Assembly (NCBI RefSeq): GCF_009914755.1
Contig: NC_060935.1
DNA from: the human T2T-CHM13v2.0 reference genome, Homo sapiens
Reading direction: 5' to 3' (one strand)
Length of the DNA: 64,000 nucleotides
Shown here: in pieces, positions 1 through 13,035 of the stretch
Position numbering within the stretch: the first letter of the stretch is position 1
Layout: each line of letters opens with the position of its first letter
The notes under the pieces: generated by a model
Seen by the model: the letters and a program-made list of their open reading frames with translations, nothing else
Database searches by the model: none
Told to the model about the DNA's origin: nothing
Translations under genes and position numbers: made by a program

Positions 1-1789
1 GTCAAAGAAAGTAAACGTGTCAGTTTAATACATGCAGCATAGAATAACTGTGCTTTTTAAATAATCTCATTCCTGTAAAACTATTAAATTGTTATTATAG
101 GGCAGCCCATAATTCACTGCAGAAGGAAAGAGTCTGCGTATTGAAAAAAAGAGAGTAACACATGAAAACTTTTTTCAGTAGTTCTTGATGAAAAGATACC
201 TATGGGATGCATGAGAAGGCTGTTGCTTTATTCTGCTGAACCTATGTTCCTTTATGTCATGGTTCTACAGTCTCCTTTGGTTTGTTAAATTTTAAGTGAT
301 TTGTAAAGAGAGACACCCAAGTAATGGAGCAAAATTCTAACTGTAGGTGATTTTGTGTCAAGCAAGCTGTTATATTTGGTCATAGTCCTCCCAATAGAAG
401 TCACCATCAAGGGTCTCTCTTGGGCCCTCTGATCTTAAGTGACTATACAACATGTTTATTTGTATACTGTTTTAAAAATTGCTATATTTTGGTGATGCCC
501 CAGGCTCCTCTTTTTCTGTCCGTTAATCTAAACTTAATATTAAGTAAATAAATCATGATTTTTAAACGAGTTCAAATTTAACTCCTCTGAAATAGTCTCA
601 GGAGAATTTGAACTGGTTTTCTCAGCCCTATTCACAAAATAAGGCTGTCACACACCACTTCACGTGGCTTTATATACAATAATTTAGTTGTGGTTAGCTT
701 TGTACCATGCTAAAGAGTGAGATTATGAATACTTCTTCCTGTATTTAGGAGATATATGTATGCCAGTTGTTTTGTTTGTTTGTTTCTTTCTTTCTTTCTT
801 TTTTTTACTTTTCTGGAGAAAGGTTTAAAATGTTACTAATAGTATATACACATTTTCCTTTTTTCTCAAATCTGCCACTTCAACCAATTAAAATAGTAGT
901 AATATTGTTTTCTCTTGCATTGTTTTAATATAAAATAAAAGCAAATTAAATTTCACATAAGAATTTGCCTTGAGTATCTTAACTGGTTTAATATTTTGTT
1001 TTGTTTTGCTTTTGTTTGTAATAGATGAAAAATAGGAGGTTTGAATAAGAGGTATACACTCTCACTTGAAAAGCCTAGGACATGGAAGAATGTGCAATGG
1101 GAGAAAACCATCAAATTACCTTGCTTTCTTTACTCATATGACATCATAGCAGGCATATCAAGTATCTGTGTTAAATTGTTGAGTATTTTTGCATATTTTG
1201 AAAGAAATAAAAATCTGATACATGTATCTGAATACCTGGCCTAAAAATATAAATGTAGCTCCAGACAATGTAAAAGTTTCTATAATGAAGTCCTAGACAT
1301 GTGAAGTAAGTGGCAGCTTCTGGATCAGGAAGAAAGTCCTTTGAGGACAAGGTCTGAGTCTTACTATTCTTAATGCCCTGCATGGATCATTTTTAAGAGC
1401 CTGGCACAGGTGCTGCATACGTATTTACTTGAGGAAACAGCCAGGTGTTCTTTATTCTCAGCTGACCTCTAAATGCTATTTTTACTTCTAAGATGTTGTA
1501 TCTGTTGGATTTTATATAATAAATAGGAAGAAGTTGATAGGTACAATAAATAAGAATCCCTGAGTCCCATGATCATACTTTTTGACAACAAGAAGCTCAT
1601 TGGGCTTTTAAGTTGTATTTATAGTTATTGTCTTTTGCAGGATAATTATGATAAATTCCAAATGCATTTTACTTAATGAAACTATTTCTGATTTCTGACT
1701 TTGAGAAGCAAAGAAACACATTTAAAAATATGTCCTTGGCCTAATCATGCTTACTGTATCCAAGAGCCACTTAATTTATCTCCACAGAA

Positions 1790-1868
1790 TTCTCTCTCTC
1801 TCTCTCTCTCAATCTCTCTCTCTTCTCTCTCTCTCTTTTACTCTGTCTCTTTAGATCTTTCTCTCTTT
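1790..1868. repeat. (CT)n-rich microsatellite
   Basis: Interrupted tctctc run read directly. Confidence 0.85.
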
Positions 1869-2421
1869 CGCTGTTAGTCACACAGACACATAGATATGCT
1901 CACCCGTACTTGCTTTCAAACTATTACTTTGACCATGTTTCCTTCTCAATCTTAACATGAAACATCTTCCTTCCTACTTTTTTCTGTCAATTTCTTCTTT
2001 ATCTTTCAAAACTCAGATAAACTCAATGAATGTTTCTAAAACATCTTTCCCTGACCAGTTTTCAGTCAGAATCAGTTGTGGAGCATGAATCTGGTCTCTA
2101 ATCATATGCTTACATGTGTATTGTCTTCTATGTATACTTATATTTACTCTTAAATTTAAGAAATATAATTTCTGCCTGTATTCTATGTCCCAGTAAACTA
2201 TGCCTTATACATTCATCGTCCTTAAATATAGGACTCTAGGAAGTCTGTTCTTTCTTTTTAAAGAGACATTTTGTTTCCAGAATGCCAAGATATACTTCCT
2301 CCTACAAGATCAAAAATTAAAACCGTATGTAATTCCAGCACTTGAGAACTATTGCCATTTTGATGGAAACTTTTTACAATAATGGGATCATATAAAATAA
2401 TTGTTTAATAATGAGTTGTGG

Positions 2422-2718
2422 GGCTGGGCGCGGTGACTCACGCCTGTAATCCCAGCCCTTTGGGAGCCTGAGGCGGGTGGATCACCTGAGGTCAGGAGTT
2501 CAAGATGGCCTGACCAACATTGTAAAACCCTATCTCTACTAAAAATACAAAAAAATCAGCTGGGTGTGGTGGCGGGCATCTGTAATCCCAGCTACTTGGG
2601 AGGCTGAGGCAGGAGAATTGCTTGAACCCGTTTGCAGTGAGCTGAAGATTGCACCATTGCACTCCAGCCTGGGCAACAACAGCTAAACTGCATCTCAAAA
2701 AACTAAATAAATAAAAAT
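2422..2718 (+). mobile_element. AluS (Sq-like) SINE, full length with a small internal deletion
   Basis: Starts GGCTGGGCGCGG, has A-rich linker and tail; flanked by aataatgagttgtg (2407-2420) / aataatgatttgtg (2719-2732), a TSD with 1 mismatch. Confidence 0.95.
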
Positions 2719-4714
2719 AATAATGATTTGTGATTGTATCTATATGTTAATTCACTTATCAAGTTTTAAATGTCTTGATATAAATCAAGCTCTTCATTTA
2801 GGATAATTATGAAACTGCAATTATTTTTTGAATTTGATAGTTCACATTTAACAATTTATTGCAATGCAGATTTTGGCAACGGTATTCAACCTATCAGGGT
2901 AGCACATTTATAATCCATATTTAGTTCCAGTTAAGGATTCTGTAACCAAGATTTACAAGTAAATGCAGCAAATGAGATAATATTATCTTAGTAGTTAAAT
3001 GAGGTTTTACCTAATTTCTCTGGGTATCAGTTTTAGTTGACTTGGTTTTTAGTTCATGCTTGCATTATAACTTTTGTAGTATATACTAACTCTGGGCTTA
3101 TTCAAATATCTCTAATCTTGGACCTTAGAAGCGGTTGGGGGAAAACAGTAGATAAAATGCAACTTTTATTTAAAATCATTTTGTTTAAACAACATAAAAC
3201 AAAGATTTCTTAATTTATTCTCCTTATGTGAAAACATCAAAATGCTCCAGGTTAAGTGAAGCATAAGGAGAGGATTGAATGGATTTTTTGCTTGTTTGTT
3301 TATTACACGAATGAGTCAGAATTTAATTTACCCTAAACAAGAATATTAGACAAATACTGATATGTGATGAGAGTCTGGTTCTCAAATTAATTATCTTGGA
3401 TCCTGGAGGTGCTTCAGGAGTTGAGCTGACCAGTTGTGTCATTTTCTATCAAGTCATGGAGATTTTATTTGCTACATTTCATTAGGAAAAATAATATAAT
3501 AAAGTTTTAAAATAAAACATAGTTTTCACATTGTAATTCAAGTCACTATTACACACCTCTTACACGGACCACACAGTGTAATGGAATGGGACTGATTTAA
3601 CCATGTATAGCCTAATTTGAAAAATGATTATGTTTATATTGCTGAAAATTCAAGCTGTTTTGAAACAGGCTGGTAGCAGAACTTCCTTTAACAGGTGAAA
3701 CCTTTTTCATGGAAAGATTCTTCTCTATCAACTATTGGTACACCTAATTTAAACCTTATCTATTAATTTTTCTTTGCAGTTCTGAGGTTGAATCTATTAT
3801 GTAGAGGCTAAGTAAATAATACTGAAATGATAACCCTTTCCCTGAGATACACTGTATATGATAATAGTGATGCCTTTAATGAGCAGAAAAGAGCAATGTT
3901 TGTACTTAGCTCATTAACTGTTTTAAATTCATTGGTACTATATCCAGAGAGAAAGCAAACTTTCAACTCAAATCACAGTTCCAAAATCAAATCAGCCCAC
4001 CAACTTAATTATAAACTATTGAAAAGCATTTTTTCAAGATTAAAATGATAGGCAGCAGTGGGTTAGGTTTATGAGACTTTGAAAATCCTGACCTCAAATA
4101 TCATGCAATATAAATATATTTTTTGTTAATTTGCAGGAGCCAAAAGGAAGCACTTCATCTTTTTATGATTCCCTGGTGTTATGATCTCAAAAATCACTTA
4201 AGCTTTACACATTTGACCCTGAATAAACTAGAGTTTACAAACCTTAAGCTGTGAGTCATGGAGCAGAGACAATTAAAGTGACCTTGAAAAAGAATGCAGA
4301 ATCTTCTCCCTCCTTGGCTTTGCTGAGCTGGAAATATCTATCTTTTAGCTTTCAATATTTTTATATGAAATCACCAATGAATAATAACCTCTGCTGCAGG
4401 GAAAGTGTCCAAAAGTCTTGCTAAACCAAACTTTCCTTGATTTGATCAGGGCAATTACGACAATGTCATTTCCTGAAATATCTTAAACAAATGTAGATTT
4501 TGAACAACTATAAAGGCTAGTGAGCTCATAAAGGTAAGTGTAGCTGCAATTACCAGCGAGGACATCTTCTCCCATTCTCCACTGTTAAGGCAACACTCAT
4601 TCTTCTTAGAGTAATTCATTAAGGATTTTTATTTGTTTGTATGTCAAATTGTCCCTAAAATTACATACATGTAATTTTACAGTAGATTACTTTTATAGAA
4701 GATGAACAAATGTT

Positions 4715-4779
4715 GACAGACAGACAGGTAGGAAGGTATGTAGGTAGGTAGGTAGATAGAGATAGGTAGGTACATAGAT

Positions 4780-4824
<45 letters not shown>
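4715..4824. repeat. Compound tetranucleotide STR (GACA)/(TAGG)/(GATA)11
   Basis: Read directly; uninterrupted ATAG x11 at 4781-4824. Confidence 0.95.
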
Positions 4825-4825
<1 letters not shown>

Positions 4826-4881
4826 GTAAACCTTTTTAGATATAATCCACAAAATTGTCTTTAAAAATGTTGAGAGCCCTA

Positions 4882-5200
4882 GGCCAGGCATGGTGGCTTA
4901 CACTTGTAATCTCAGCATTTTGGGAAGCCAAGTCAGGTGGATAGGTTGAGCCCAGGAGTTCATAACCAGCTGTGGAAACATAGCAAAACCCTGTCTCTAA
5001 AAGGAATACAAAATTTAGCTGGGCATGCTGGCACACACCTGTAGTCCCAGCTACTCAGCAAGCTGAGGTAGGAGGATAGCATGAGGCCAGGAGGCAGAAG
5101 GTGCAGTGAGCTGTCATCATTGCCATTGCACTCCAGCCTGGGCTACAGAGCAAGGCTCTGTCACATACACACAACACATATACGCACAAAAACACACAAA
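4882..5200 (+). mobile_element. AluJ with tail converted to a CA-rich repeat
   Basis: Dimeric Alu with J-type ggatag..tgagcccagg; agcccta appears on both sides as a TSD remnant. Confidence 0.9.
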
Positions 5201-7933
5201 AGAGGGAAGCCCTACAAAGACAGAACCATAACAATCTATATATCTCCACTCAACTAAATTGTTTCTATCTGCTAACATAAGATTTAGAATAACTTTTCTG
5301 AAAATGTCGTGCTGTATTATCAGAGCTTTCAAATGTAAAATCTAGAGTATTTTTAATATACACAGTTCAGTGAATATTATAATGGCATCACAAGTTTTAT
5401 TTTAACTTTTTACTTTCTGATTTTTGAGTACTCAATTAAACATACAGACACAAACATATTTGCACATTTGTCTTTTGCCTTATTGCTTCACATGTATTTA
5501 AATGTTTTCTGTTCAATTACTCATGTCTCAATATTTCAAAGAGTTACCATTTAGAATGTTAATTTATAATATTTATAATCCTTGAAGTTATATTTATAAA
5601 TGTATGAAATTTGATTATGTTTGAGTTTTTTAATTCATTAATACAAATGGCATTTTTCCCTTATCGTCTAGAGTGTAGATTGAGATACTGAACATTTTTT
5701 CTTTTAGCCTTAGTGAGTATCTACATTTTTCTTAATCCCACCAAGTAGACGAATTTACTTCTGGTGATGTGTAGTTCCAAAGTGATGCATAATAACTTAT
5801 ATTAGCCTATCAGTATACAAAGAATTATATCATTTATATTTCATGAGTCATTCAGTGTAACCAAAATGCTTTAATAATTGTGTTTGATTAAACTGAATCA
5901 TTTTCACATCTAAAAGTTTTTCTATACATTGTCTATTTCTTTCTTTGGCTCTTTAATATTTAAGCTGCCTAAGAAATGGCAACTTTACTAATGACTTAAA
6001 TTAAACTCCACTGAAATCCTTTATTAGCTTAATAGATTTCAACTTGAAGAAATCTAACATTCTGTTTCATCTTTAGAGTATCCTTACTAATTTCTGATAA
6101 TATTCACAGCAGTAACTGGTTTTGTTTCATGTTAGTTTTTCCAATGTATATATTTTGTTTTTAGTCAAAGGCACATCAAATATAAAAGAATTTTATCTAC
6201 TAATTAGAGAAATAAAATATGGCTATTTGATCTTGATTTTAGACTACTACAAAATTATATAAAGAAAAAAGGCAAAGGCATATACACTCCCACATGCTTC
6301 ACAAGAACACTTATGCCAAGTAGTGGATCAATATGGAAAAAACTAAATTTAAAAAAGGAATAAGTTAAATAATATATAACATAGAAGATTAGACATAAAA
6401 GATGGCATGCACTGAAGTGAGACTCTCCATGGTGTGATAAACTTAAGAAAAGTATATGTATACATACATTTTACATTCTTTACTAGGCATTAAAAAGACG
6501 TATTACAAAAAATATATGCAAAGTAAACATGTCCAAAGGTAGAAATACGTTTTAGAATTTCATTTAAAACTACTTATAAAAAGGAAGAGAGATAAATATT
6601 CCTATTGGGTGAAGTAATTCAATATTAAATTTGTTTCTGAGTTTTCTTGCAGAAACATTAAGCAAGCTTATACAAATCTTTTGATATAATTATGAGAAAT
6701 AAGTCATATTGATTTTTACAGATAAAACATTTTTTCATGGCATTAAATTGTAAAACAAGTATTTCATAGATCCATCTTCAGGAAATGTTTAGCAACATGT
6801 TGGGCATCTCATTGTGACAGAACAACTATAGAAGTGACTGTTTTTTTGGATTGACTCTTGGTAATACAAACTATTGGATGTCTGATGAATTAAATTTCTA
6901 AACCTCCCTTAAGGCACTTCCCTCTACAAATTACATAAAGATCGACCTTGGTTTTTTGATTTGTTTGTACTGAGCTCTATGAAACAAGTCAATGACCTTT
7001 TTAGTGCTACTAGTTTAAACAGACTCAAACTGTTGAAACTTAAATGATGTAGTTAATAAATAAATGTTGTTGACAAATTAAATACAAACATTTCTAAAAC
7101 AAAATCAATAGTTATTTCTGAAAAAATACCTTTACATATGTTTGTAAAAATTCTGATATCCAAAATATATTGTTTTTAATAATGGATGCTTTACTTATTT
7201 TCTTCATATGTGATTTGGAAACATTTTTAAACCCATAATGGTTTAGGCACAAGATTGCTATTTTAACAGAGATATTTAAAATTGAGCATATATGTATTCA
7301 AGTTATATTATATTTATTTATATTAAGGAGACATTGGCTACTAAAAACAGATATTTTATTCTTAAAGACAGCTTCACGTGTTTGATCTTCACATTTTGTA
7401 AGGCAAGAAACACAAAAAAGGTTTCTTCCTTGTATGAGTAGAATCTACCTCAGTTTTAAATATGTACTTTGAACCATTATTTTGATGCCTAGCTTTATTT
7501 TTCAAAAAATCAAGCTGTGTCAGATAAAAGATATATAGTATTGAGCTACACATTTGCTTTCCTCAAGAGCAATTATATGTACTCATTACAAATATGCTAG
7601 TATAGTTTTTTGTTGTTCTTTTTTATCTCTTCATTCTTCTATAAAAGATAACAAAAGGTCGGTCACATTTCTATCACTTGTTAAAATAGTTAAAATTATT
7701 CATAGACATTATTAGAAGACTTAATCAAGGACACAAATAGAAAACTCCTAGGAGAAGATAATTTAAATATAAAGTAAATATATAAAATATTCTCAACCTC
7801 TAAATAATGAAAATTGTACAAAAAAATTACTATTATTTCTTATACACCAAACTTGCAAATTAAACAAAAAAGAGAGAAATTCAGAGAATTTCAGAGAATA
7901 CAAATAAACAAAAAAAATTCAGAGCATACAAAA

Positions 7934-8380
7934 GACCAGGCACGGTGGCTCAGCCTGTAATTCCAGCACTTTGGGAGGAAGAGGCGGGTGCATCCCCTGA
8001 GGTCAGGAGTTCACGACCAGCCTGACCAACATGGTGAAACTTCATCTCTACTAAAAATGCAAAAATTAGCTGGGCATGGTAGTACATGCCTGTGGTACCA
8101 GCTACTCGGGAGGTTGAAACAAGAGAATCCCTTGAACCTGGGAGGTGGAAGTTGCAGTGAGCCAAGATTGTGTCATGCACTACAGTCTGGGCAACAGAGC
8201 GAGACTCCATTAAAAAAAAAAAATTGCCAAATTTGTTGGCAAGTGCCTGTAATCCCAGCTATTCAGAAAGCTCAGGTGCGGGGATCATCTGAGCCCAGAG
8301 GTCGAGATTGCAGTGAGCCAAGATCACACCAGTATGCTGCAGCCTGGGTAACAGAGTGAAACACTGTCTAAAAAAATAAA
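7934..8380 (+). mobile_element. AluS followed directly by an extra AluJ-type right monomer
   Basis: Full Alu 7934-8223 with poly(A), then a second right arm 8224-8380 with its own A tail. Confidence 0.9.
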
Positions 8381-8689
8381 CACATAAATTTACATTACGG
8401 AATCGTAAAATTAAAAAATATGTGAGTAAAATCTCACATAACTATGTGAATAAAGTTATCCCAACTCTTTAATATCCAGCCAAATTTTTTCACGAGTGAT
8501 GAACACAATATCATGTATATATGATATCTCAAAAATGCACATTCATGTGTATCCCCAAGAAAAGGCATCATTTAAATAGACAATGAAGTAAATTTGCAAA
8601 TAAATGACATCTTTTAACTTGGTAGAAGACTTTAAAAAAAATTGTTTTAAAGTTGTTCTATTCTTTTGAGAAATAAAGGAACATTTCCA

Positions 8690-9960
8690 AACTGTATTTA
8701 GTGCTTAGGTTTCATTGAGCTTCTTAGATCTGTGGATTTATAGTTTTCACTGAATTGGAAGATTAAAAAAAATTAACTGTTTTTCTGAGTCCATTTGATT
8801 CAGTCCATTTGATCAAGGACTGCAATTATAAGTATATAAAACTGTTTGAAATGATTCTACAACTCACTGATGCTCTATGTTTTAGTTCCCAGTTTTGGTG
8901 TCTTTATTTTTGGCTCTAGATTTTATTCTAGATAGTTTCTAGGGCCGTGTCATCAAGTACATTAATATTTTCTTTAACAGCATTTTATTTGTTCTTTATC
9001 TCATCCATTGTATTTGTTATATCAATGTTTACTTTTTCATCTTTAGAAGTTTGATTTTTTTTGCATTTTCTATATTCTCTACTCAACATTTTCAATATCT
9101 CCTCTACCTCCTTGAACTATACATAATAGTTATAGTTTTATAGTTTAATAACTCTTTTCCTGTTCTTATTAATGAAATGTATTATTTATATCATTTGTGG
9201 ATCTGCTTCCACTGATTAAATTTTCAACTCTTTGTGGATCACCTGCTTCTTAGCATGCAGGTCATTTTTCCTTTATTGGGCATTAGCTTCTGTGAATTTT
9301 ACCTTCTTGAGTGCTACATATATTTTTTTAAATCCCTGTAAACTTTCTTGAGCTTCTTCTGAGGCACAGTTACATTTCTTTGAAAAGGTGATCTTTTGGA
9401 GCCTTACTTTTAAAATTTGTTTGATGAGACGAGAGCAATTATTAGTTTAAGTCTAATTTTGTCATGTTAGTGATTCAGTATTCTTCTGATTACTCTACTT
9501 GGTACCTTGTGAATCATGAGTCTTTTTCCTCTTGGCTAGTGGCAACAAGAATTATTCCTGGCCCTGGTTCTGTTTCAGATTAAGTCATAAAATAATCCTT
9601 CCAGGAGGTTCTCTCACTGGCCTTGGATGGTTTCCTCAACTTTATGTGCTGATCATTTCTTAGCTAAGGGCTTCTAGGGTGAACTTTTGCAGATTTCTGG
9701 AGGTTTCTTTTTGTTCAGCTTTCTTTTCTATGGTATTTTCTACAACAAACTCTAGATACCTTTACTTCCACAGACACGCACTTCTATTTCCTCAACTCAG
9801 CAAGACCACTAGGCTCTACCTGGGTTTCCCCTACCTGTGCTGCACCTTGAAAATTTCTCTAGGCAGTAAACTAGAACAATTGTGGGTCTTTGCTTATTTT
9901 TTCCTACTCTCTCAGAATTCACTCTCTGTACTACATGATGTTCAATATTTTTAAATTATT
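8690..9960 (-). mobile_element. Ancient L1M 5'/ORF1-region fragment (resumes ~12257-12310 after the THE1 insertion)
   Basis: T-rich sequence with L1M-type motifs such as gagcttcttagatctgtggatttatagttttc. Confidence 0.6.
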
Positions 9961-12256
9961 TCTGGCTCTGTGTCCCAAACCAAATTTTGTCTTAAATTGT
10001 AATCCAAATTATAATCCCTATGTGTTGGGGGAGAGACCTCATGGGAGGTGATTAGATCATGGGGACAGTTCCTCCAGGCTGTTCACATGATAGTGAGTGA
10101 GTTCTCATGAGATCTGATGGTTTTATAAGGAGCTTTCCCCTCACTTTGCTTGGCACTTCTCTCTCTCCTGCTTCTATGTGGAGAAGGAGGTGTTTGCTTC
10201 CCCTTCTGCCATGATCATAAGTTATGTGAGACTTCCCCAGTCATGCTGAACTGTGAGTCAATTAAACCTTTTTCTTTATAAATTACCCAATCTCAGATAT
10301 TTCATCATAGCAGCCTGAAAATGAACTAACACAGAAAATTGGTTATACACATTGGTGGGGGGGCCGCTTTAAAGATACTGAAAAATGTGAAAGCAACTTT
10401 GGAACTGGGTAATAGGCAGAGTTTGGAACAGTTTAGAGGGCTCCTAAGAAGACAGGAAAATGTGGGAACGTTTAGAGCTTTCTAGAGACTTGGAGGGCTC
10501 AGAAGACAGGAAGATGTGGGAAAGTTTGGAACTTCCTAGAGACTTGTTGAATAGCTCTGACCAAAATGCTGATAGTGATATGGACAACAAAACCCAGGCA
10601 GAGGTGGTCTCAGGTGGAGATGAGGAACTTGTTGGGAAGTAGAGTAAAGGTCACTCTTGCTATGCAAACAGACTGGTGGCATTTTACCCTGCCCCAGAGA
10701 TCTGTGTAACTTTGTACTTGAGAGAGATGGTTTAGGGTATCTAGAGGAAGAAATTTCTAAGCAGCAAAATGCTCAAGAGGAAGCAGAGCATAAAAGTTTG
10801 GAAAATATTCTGCCTGATTATGTGATAGAAAAGAAAACCCCATTTTCCGGGGAGAAATTCAAACTGGCTGCAGAAATTTGCATAAGTAATGAGGAGTCGA
10901 ATATTAATTACCAAGAAAATGGGGAAAATGTCTCCAAGGCCTGTCAGAGGCCTTCACATCAGCCCCTCCCATCACAGGCCTAGAGGCCTAGAAGGGAAAT
11001 GTGGCTTCCTGGGTTAGGTCCAGGGCCTCCCCGCTGTGTGCTGCCTTGGGACTTGGAGCCCTGCATTCCAGCTGCTCCAGCCATGACTAAAATGGGCCAA
11101 CATACAGCACTGGGTGTTGCTTCAGAGGGTGCAAAGCTGCAAGCCTTGAGCTTCCACATGGTGTTAGGCATGCAGGTGCACAGAAGATAAGAATTAACTT
11201 TTGGGAACCTCCCCCTAGATTTCAGAGGATGTATGGAAACACCTGGATGTCCAAGCAGAAATTTGCTGTGGGGAGGAGCCTCCATGGAAAACCTCTGCTA
11301 GGGCAATGCACTAGGGAAATGTGGAGTCAGAGCCCTCACACAGAGTCCCCTTTGGGGCTTTGCCTAGTGGAGCTATGAGAAAAGGGCCACCGTCCTCTGG
11401 ATCCCAGAATGGTAGATCCACCCATAGCTTGCACTGTGTGCCTGGAAAAGTTGCAGATACTCGGCTGAAAAGGCACAGGAACAGAGCTGCCCAAGCCATA
11501 GGAGTCCACCTCTTGCATTATGTTGACCTGAATGTGAGACATGGAGTCAAAGGAGAGTATTTAAGAGCTTTAAGGTTTAATGACTGCCTTATTGGATTTT
11601 GTACTTTCATGGGCCTTGTAGCCCCTTCATTTTGACCAATTTTGCCCATTTGGAATGGGTGTATTTACCCAATGCCTGTATCCCACTGTATCCAGGAAGT
11701 AACTAACTTGCTTTTGATTTTACAGGCTCATAGGAGGATAGGACTTGCCTTATCTCAGATGAGACTTTGGACTTGGACTTTTGAGTTAATGCTGAAAACA
11801 GTTAAGACTTTGGAGAACTGTTGGGAAGTCATAATTGTGTTTTTAATTGTGAGGACCAGAAATTTAGGAGGGCCCAGATGTAGAATGATATACTTTGACT
11901 GTGTCCCACCCAAATCTCATCTTGAATTGTAATCCAAGTTGCAATACCCACTTGTTGGGGGTGGGACTGCTTGGAATGTGATTAGATCATAAAGGCAGTT
12001 CTCCCATGCTGTTCTCACGATAGTGAGTTCTCATGAGATCTGATGGTTTTATAGGGAGCTTATCCACTTTCACTTGGCACTTCTCTCTGCTGCTGCCATG
12101 TGAAGAAGGACGTGCTTTCTTTCCTTTCTACCATGATTGTAAGCTTACTGAGGCCTCCCTAGCCATGGGGAACTGTGAGTCAATTAAAACTCCTTCCTTT
12201 ATAAATTACCCAGTCTCCAGTATTTCTTCATAGCAGCAGGAAAATGAACTAATACA
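9961..12256 (+). mobile_element. THE1 (THE1D-like) MaLR provirus: 5'LTR ~9961-10333, internal 10334-11885, 3'LTR 11886-12256
   Basis: Two ~370-bp direct repeats (tgata...aactaataca) around a THE1-int sequence with decayed MaLR ORF fragments (MWESLELPRDLLN...). The first ~10 nt of the 5'LTR are lost. Confidence 0.93.
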
Positions 12257-12751
12257 AATTTCTTCCAGTGGGAGTATAAATTTAATCATGTTTACTTCAG
12301 ACTGAAATAGTTATTTAGCAGTTTATCCTAAAATCCCACCATAGAATGAAAGAATCATTTTTTGAAACTTATTGGTTCTTTTGACTGTAGATAACTGCAT
12401 TTTACTACAAAGATTTTTGAGATTTTCTTTCTGCATATTGGTCACATGTCCCTGACTTTCTTTTTTTTTTAAAATTTATTATGTGCATGGTCTCTGTTGG
12501 TTTCTGGTATTCAGTAATTCAGTCTGCAACAACCTCTTTCTCGAAACCTACATAATGCATAGTCAAAATATTAGGAAGTGTTTAGATAGTTAGCTACTAT
12601 GCTCCTCCAAACTTGTTGTTTTATGTCTTGCTTTTTAACTGTGAACTTCTATCACACAATTGTTCCTCATTATATTAAATTAACATTTTCAAACATGGTT
12701 ATGTAATTATGGCAGAAAGTATAAACTTCTAGAATTTGCATTATTTTAAGC

Positions 12752-12981
12752 CAAGATAGGCAAACCACCACTCAGAGACCAAATCTGAGTGCACCCTGTT
12801 TTCATAAATACAATTGTATTGGAATAAAGCCATTGCTCATTTGCTTACATATTGTTCATGGCTGCTTTTGAAGGACAGTGGCAACATTGGATGGTGGAGA
12901 CACAATCCATACATCCTGCAAAGCCTAAAATATTTTCTTTCTGGCCCTTTACTGAAAGTTTTTGCAAAGCTTGCAAGCCTG
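12752..12981 (+). mobile_element. MER58A-like hAT-Charlie DNA transposon
   Basis: ggcaaac start; internal gcaaagcctaaaatattt..tctggccctttac; degenerate 8-bp flanks ttttaagc/ttttagtc. Confidence 0.8.
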
Positions 12982-12996
12982 TTTTAGTCTTTAAGT

Positions 12997-12997
<1 letters not shown>

Positions 12998-13034
<37 letters not shown>

Positions 13035-13035
13035 T
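12998..13035. repeat. (TG)n microsatellite
   Basis: Read directly. Confidence 0.95.

Noticed and set aside
10435-10550. ~57-bp tandem duplication and short ORFs in the THE1 internal region
   Set aside because: As I recall, a feature of THE1 internal consensus variants; the ORFs are decayed MaLR remnants.
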